From assembly GCA_037133095.1 (NCBI GenBank), contig JBAXOT010000008.1, positions 1,360 through 65,359 on the forward strand: DNA of 64,000 nt, written 5' to 3'. Position 1 is the first letter of the stretch, and every line of letters begins with the position of its first letter. Source of the DNA: Actinomycetes bacterium. GTDB lineage: Bacteria; Actinomycetota; Actinomycetes; Nanopelagicales; Nanopelagicaceae. Position numbers and translations under genes: made by a program. This document shows positions 60,050 through 64,000 of the stretch, one piece after another. Under the pieces are notes generated by a model, which was not told the origin of the DNA, searched no databases, and worked only from the letters and a program-made list of their open reading frames with translations.

Positions 60050-60781
60050 TTAATTTAACTTTAAAACTTTAAACAGATTAGTCACTTCGACCTCGTTCAG
60101 CACACGCCAGCGACCTTCTTTAGTATCCCCCAGGGAGATCGGACCAAAGTCACTTCGAATGAGGCGCAGGACTTCGATGTCGAGCTCCTCAAACATCCGG
60201 CGAACGATGTGGTAACGACCTTCATGGATTGCCACTTCCACCCAGAAATGCTTTTGGCTAACTTCTCGCATTATGTTGACCTCAAGGGCTCGAGCCAAAC
60301 CATCTTCTAACTCCACACCCTGCAGTAGGCGTTTAATTTCGTCGCGGCCAAAGACGCCAGAAATTTCGACAACATACTTCTTTATCAATCCGTACGATGG
60401 ATGAGTGGCTCGATGCGCCAAATCCCCGTCATTTGTTAGGAGAATTAGTCCTTCACTTTCCATATCCAATCGCCCAACATGGAAGAGTCTTTCGTTGCGT
60501 GTTTTAAAGTAATCTCCGAGGTTTGGTCGATCCTCCGGGTCGGACATGGTGGAAATTACTCCCGCAGGTTTATGAAAAGCAAGGTAAGTTTTAGACTTAT
60601 TTAACCGAATTGTCTCACCATCTACTTCAATGTTAGCGGTTTCTGGGTCAACTTTGACCCCTAACTCGGTGATCTGCATGCCATTAACACTCACTCGACC
60701 TTCAGCGATCAACTCTTCGCTGCCGCGGCGGCTGGCAACCCCTGCATCAGCCAATACTTTCTGTAGTCTAATTTCCGCCAT
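60050..60781 (-). CDS. rluB: 23S rRNA pseudouridine synthase, RluB/RsuA family
   Basis: 243 aa with an N-terminal S4 domain (RLQKVLADAGVASRR) and the catalytic GRLDMESEGL motif. Confidence 0.92.
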   Translation of the reverse strand: MAEIRLQKVLADAGVASRRGSEELIAEGRVSVNGMQITELGVKVDPETANIEVDGETIRLNKSKTYLAFHKPAGVISTMSDPEDRPNLGDYFKTRNERLFHVGRLDMESEGLILLTNDGDLAHRATHPSYGLIKKYVVEISGVFGRDEIKRLLQGVELEDGLARALEVNIMREVSQKHFWVEVAIHEGRYHIVRRMFEELDIEVLRLIRSDFGPISLGDTKEGRWRVLNEVEVTNLFKVLKLN

Positions 60782-60855
60782 GAGGGCCCCTTTGTCGCTC
60801 TGCTAGCTCATGGGTAGAGCAATGCAGGGCAAGAGTACGCTCTTTTTCGAAAGCT

Positions 60856-61413
60856 TTAATCGGTCAGGGTTGCCAAAACCTCATCTAGAGCATCTACATC
60901 TGGCAAGAAGGGGGCCAGAGCGGGCAGATCACTCACTTGATTTAGTCCTAATTTCTCCAAGAAAAATGAGGTTGTTGAGTAGAGAATCGCGCCACTCTCA
61001 GGCTCGACGCCGGTCTCTTCAACCAGACCTCTACTGACCAAGGTCTTCATCACCGCTTCTACATTTACCCCTCGGATAGCCGATACTCGGGCTCGAGAGA
61101 TCGGTTGCCGATAGGCAATGACAGCCAAAGTCTCTAACGCCGCTTGGGTAAGGCGGGATTGCTGTCCATCAAGGACGAATTTTTCGACCACGGCGGAATA
61201 ATCGGGATGGCTGTAATACCGCCAGCCGCCTGCCACCGAGCGAAGTTCAAATCCGCGGCCTTCGTTCTGATACGAAAGAGCCAACTCCAGCAACGCTTCC
61301 GTGACGAGTTCAGTGGGAATTTCGAGAATCTGCGCCAAAATGAGTTCAGAAATGGGCTCATCAACTACCATCAATATGGCTTCGATTTGATGCTTGATTT
61401 CGGAATTAGACAT
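60856..61413 (-). CDS. scpB: segregation and condensation protein B
   Basis: Track ORF is 60856..61530. The ATG at 61413 overlaps the scpA stop by 8 nt. Motif EAILMVVDEP...GGWRY. Confidence 0.9.
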   Translation of the reverse strand: MSNSEIKHQIEAILMVVDEPISELILAQILEIPTELVTEALLELALSYQNEGRGFELRSVAGGWRYYSHPDYSAVVEKFVLDGQQSRLTQAALETLAVIAYRQPISRARVSAIRGVNVEAVMKTLVSRGLVEETGVEPESGAILYSTTSFFLEKLGLNQVSDLPALAPFLPDVDALDEVLATLTD

Positions 61414-62305
61414 TTTCTTCCTCTTTTGTCTCAGGTTCTTGGCTAGGTACAGGTAGATCAAACTCATCGCTGACACGAACCTCGCCCTCGAGCGTGCCAA
61501 CCCAAGAAACGTGAAGCTCCCCCATGGCAATTACCTGCTCGAAGCGCAGCACTCCTTCACGATACAACTCTAAGAGCGCGAGAAATCGGGCAACTACGAT
61601 TAATGTGGAATCGGAATCACGAATTAAACTTCGAAAAGTGGCGCGACCAACCTTGCGTAGCGCCTGTACGAGCTTGACGGACTCTTCCGCCACGCTCACA
61701 AGTGGCCGATGGATGTGCTCCATGGCTACAGCTGGGGTCACTTTGGGCGAAAGAACCCGTTGGGCAATGGCCGCGAACCGGTCAGCGCCGACCCCAATCA
61801 GTACCTCCGGGAGCAATTGAGCGAAATGCGGCTCCAAAGCCACCACTCGAGCAAAAGATTTCTCTTCCCGACCGATTCGTTCGGAAAAAATGCTCGCCAG
61901 CAGCTTGAATGCGCGATATTGGAGCAATCGGGCAAAGAGCAGGTCTCTAGCCTCCAGCAACGCAAGATCTTCTTCATCCTCAACTTCACCGGAAGGTAGG
62001 AGCCGCGCGGCCTTTAAATCCAGGAGCGTGGCCGCAACTACGAGAAATTCGGTGGTTTGATCTAGATCCCAGCCCTGATCTTCCCCCGTTGTCCGTTCCA
62101 GTTCCCGAATATATGAAATAAAATCATCGGTCACTACACCTAAAGCAATCTCGGTGACATCTAATTTATGGCGAGAAATCAATTGCAAGAGCAAGTCAAA
62201 CGGACCATCAAAATTCGTTAAATGAACCGAAAATTTGCCTGCATTCTCAAGATCAGCGCCACCAGGTAGGGCGATTGTCGCATTGATCTCCTCGGAAGCG
62301 GCCAT
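61406..62305 (-). CDS. scpA: segregation and condensation protein A (kleisin)
   Basis: Track ORF is 61406..62500. The ATG at 62305 is preferred. Motif FSVHLTNFDGPFDLLLQLI. Confidence 0.9.
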   Translation of the reverse strand: MAASEEINATIALPGGADLENAGKFSVHLTNFDGPFDLLLQLISRHKLDVTEIALGVVTDDFISYIRELERTTGEDQGWDLDQTTEFLVVAATLLDLKAARLLPSGEVEDEEDLALLEARDLLFARLLQYRAFKLLASIFSERIGREEKSFARVVALEPHFAQLLPEVLIGVGADRFAAIAQRVLSPKVTPAVAMEHIHRPLVSVAEESVKLVQALRKVGRATFRSLIRDSDSTLIVVARFLALLELYREGVLRFEQVIAMGELHVSWVGTLEGEVRVSDEFDLPVPSQEPETKEEENV

Positions 62306-62365
62306 ATGACTAAGGTACTTGACCAAGGCTTGCCAGCGTAATCGAAGCGCCGTTAGAGTCCGCCT

Positions 62366-63277
62366 ATGGCAAAAATCTATTCGGAGGTTTCTCGATTCGA
62401 CGCTAAGTCGACAAATCGAGATGATGAAGTCGCAACAACGTCGGGAGTACTTAATCGTCCTACCAAAATCATTCCAGAGGCTTCCCAACTGACCGAACAC
62501 GGCAATGCTGTAGTGATTTCAGTGGTCAATCAAAAAGGCGGCGTCGGAAAGACGACAACCACGATTAACTTGGGTGCTTGTTTGGCGGAGTTAGGCCGAC
62601 GAGTTCTTCTCGTCGATTTCGATCCGCAACACTCGCTCTCCGTCGGTCTGGGGATTTCGACTCGGAAATTAGATGGCTCGATTTATAACCTCATGATGGA
62701 TGAATCGACAAATATTGAAGATTTGCTGCTGAAAACTAGCGTTCCTGGCATGGACATGATCCCGAGCCATGAGGATCTCGCTGGCGCCGAGGGTGGATTG
62801 CTCAATGTCATCGCTCGCGAGAAAGTTCTGAAGCGCGTCTTAGCGCCAGTTCTGGACTTCTATGATGTCATCCTTATCGATTGCCAACCTTCCCTTGGCC
62901 TGCTGACCGTCAATGCTTTGACCGCCTCGCAAGGGGTTTTAGTTCCGCTGGAATGTGAATACTTCGCGCTTCGCGGTGTTGCGCTTTTGGACGACATCAT
63001 CGGCAAGGTACAGAAGAACACCAACCCGGATCTCAAACTCACGGGAATCTTGCCCACGATGTTCGATCGCAAGACGGTGCATAGTCGTGAAGTTCTCGAG
63101 CGAATTTCTGAAGCTTTCCCGGATCAAGTATTTGACACGATCATCTCGCGCACGGTGCGCTTTCCCGAGACCACCGTCGCTGGTGAGCCGATAACCACGT
63201 ATGCCAGCAACTCTTCAGGAGCATCGGCATATCGAAGGTTGGCACGAGAACTAATTGCTATGGGAGGAGTTCGATGA
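62366..63277 (+). CDS. ParA/Soj-family partition ATPase (Rv1708-like)
   Basis: 303 aa with the deviant Walker A NQKGGVGKTTT, preceded by a ~50-aa N-terminal extension. Confidence 0.9.
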   Translation: MAKIYSEVSRFDAKSTNRDDEVATTSGVLNRPTKIIPEASQLTEHGNAVVISVVNQKGGVGKTTTTINLGACLAELGRRVLLVDFDPQHSLSVGLGISTRKLDGSIYNLMMDESTNIEDLLLKTSVPGMDMIPSHEDLAGAEGGLLNVIAREKVLKRVLAPVLDFYDVILIDCQPSLGLLTVNALTASQGVLVPLECEYFALRGVALLDDIIGKVQKNTNPDLKLTGILPTMFDRKTVHSREVLERISEAFPDQVFDTIISRTVRFPETTVAGEPITTYASNSSGASAYRRLARELIAMGGVR

Positions 63278-63705
63278 GTCGCAGAGTTAGCTTGCCTGGT
63301 GCCGACGAGTTATTCCGCACCACGACAACATTGAGCGCCGTGCCCAACCCGGAAATTATCGCGCAGCAGAGCGCGCCAGTCGCCCCGGCGGTCGATGCTT
63401 CCAACTCTCCTAACACGCCTTTGATGCCAGCCACTTCCAAGACGGTTCGCCAAACTCCACGCCGGAGAGTAAACAGTTTTGATCGCTCACCATCTGGAAG
63501 AGAACGCCACGATGAAAAAATCACGGTGTACATCTCCCCCGAAGAACTTTACGACTTAGAGCAAGCCCGCTTAGCGTTGCGGGGCGATTTGGGGCTCGCG
63601 GTGGATCGTGGGCGAATTGTCCGTGAGTCATTAGCGATCATCATTGCTGATCTCGAAGCTAAGGGTGATCAGAGTATTTTGGCTAGACGATTAAGAGGTC
63701 GTTAA
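63274..63705 (+). CDS. small protein with a disordered N-terminus and a predicted C-terminal ribbon-helix-helix domain (candidate ParA partner)
   Basis: 143 aa. ATGA overlap with the parA-like gene. C-terminal KITVYISPEELYDLEQARLALRG...RGRIVRESLAIIIADLE fits a beta-alpha-alpha RHH pattern. No family recognised. Confidence 0.6.
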   Translation: MSRRVSLPGADELFRTTTTLSAVPNPEIIAQQSAPVAPAVDASNSPNTPLMPATSKTVRQTPRRRVNSFDRSPSGRERHDEKITVYISPEELYDLEQARLALRGDLGLAVDRGRIVRESLAIIIADLEAKGDQSILARRLRGR

Positions 63706-63706
63706 T

Positions 63707-64000
63707 TCATCGAGCCCGCGGATGTGCCAGCGAATAGCTCTCCCGTAACTTATCGATAGTAACTAAAGTGTAAATCTGAGTGGTTGTCACAGAGGCATGC
63801 CCAAGCAACTCTTGAACCACGCGAATATCTGCACCACCGTCAAGCAAGTGGGTGGCGAAAGAGTGACGAAGTGAGTGCGGAGAAACCTCACGTTCAATCA
63901 TGGCTCGTTCGGAAGCCTCAACCACAATCTGCCAAGCGCTTTGCCGACTCAGTCTGGCGCCACGAAGATTGAGGAACAGAGCATCATTTCGCTTTGCGGT
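63707..64000 (-). CDS. xerD: tyrosine recombinase XerD (C-terminal part; 5' end outside window)
   Basis: The frame is open to the window edge (..[16 protein letters not shown]..). Catalytic box [37 protein letters not shown]. Confidence 0.9.
   Translation of the reverse strand, partial: TAKRNDALFLNLRGARLSRQSAWQIVVEASERAMIEREVSPHSLRHSFATHLLDGGADIRVVQELLGHASVTTTQIYTLVTIDKLRESYSLAHPRAR

Noticed and set aside
59783-60058. 91-aa plus-strand ORF filling the aroH-rluB spacer.
   Set aside because: It is an AT-rich, repeat-containing non-coding region. The ORF has no RBS, starts inside aroH on the antisense strand, and its peptide mostly translates the 12-mer repeats.
61414-61530. Long N-terminal extensions in several track ORFs: scpB, scpA, pyrB, carA, pyrF, fmt, rsmB, the HAD gene, the M20 gene, the AKR gene and aroH.
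   Set aside because: The extensions overlap the upstream gene extensively and lack homology. Internal starts give canonical N-termini and the short ATGA/GTGA-type overlaps seen throughout the window.

Overview
This is a very dense (roughly 95% coding), ~50% GC segment of actinobacterial core genome. I call 68 protein genes, 2 tRNAs and 1 FMN riboswitch. I saw no transposases, prophage, CRISPR or defence islands. Left to right on the + strand: efp, nusB, a divergent bldD-like gene, a complete pyr operon (pyrR-pyrB-pyrC-carA-carB-pyrK-pyrD-pyrF), an mIHF::gmk fusion, rpoZ, coaBC, metK, priA, def-fmt-rsmB-rpe, FMN riboswitch plus pnuX, hisEG, serB, ung, uppP, tdk, tRNA-Leu, the mshC neighbourhood, metH, trmI, pafBC, tatAC, helY and lnt-ppm1. 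After 49.8 kb almost everything is on the - strand: gcvP, the MerR/DUF151/FtsR/GarA/gcvH block, pgsA, tRNA-Pro, cmk::der, tyrA-aroH, rluB, scpB-scpA and xerD. Actinobacterial markers (mshC, pafBC, mIHF, BldD, GarA, Lnt/Ppm1) combined with tiny spacers suggest a genome-streamlined actinobacterium; that is inference and the lineage cannot be fixed from this window. Most noteworthy: (1) a strong 28-bp XerCD dif site at 49777-49804, exactly where gene polarity flips, so the window probably spans the replication terminus; (2) a BldD orthologue with an intact c-di-GMP-binding signature; (3) an in-frame mIHF::Gmk fusion; (4) the Pup-proteasome genes are missing from their canonical slot between trmI and pafBC; (5) an FMN-riboswitch-controlled PnuX transporter where other actinobacteria carry the rib operon; (6) an iteron-like 12-mer array at ~41-bp spacing in the largest spacer; (7) an inverted ParA plus RHH-protein module next to scpAB/xerD. 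I do not see a convincing wholly novel multi-gene system. Coordinates follow the supplied ORF track, with starts trimmed where overlaps, RBSs or homology argue for it.
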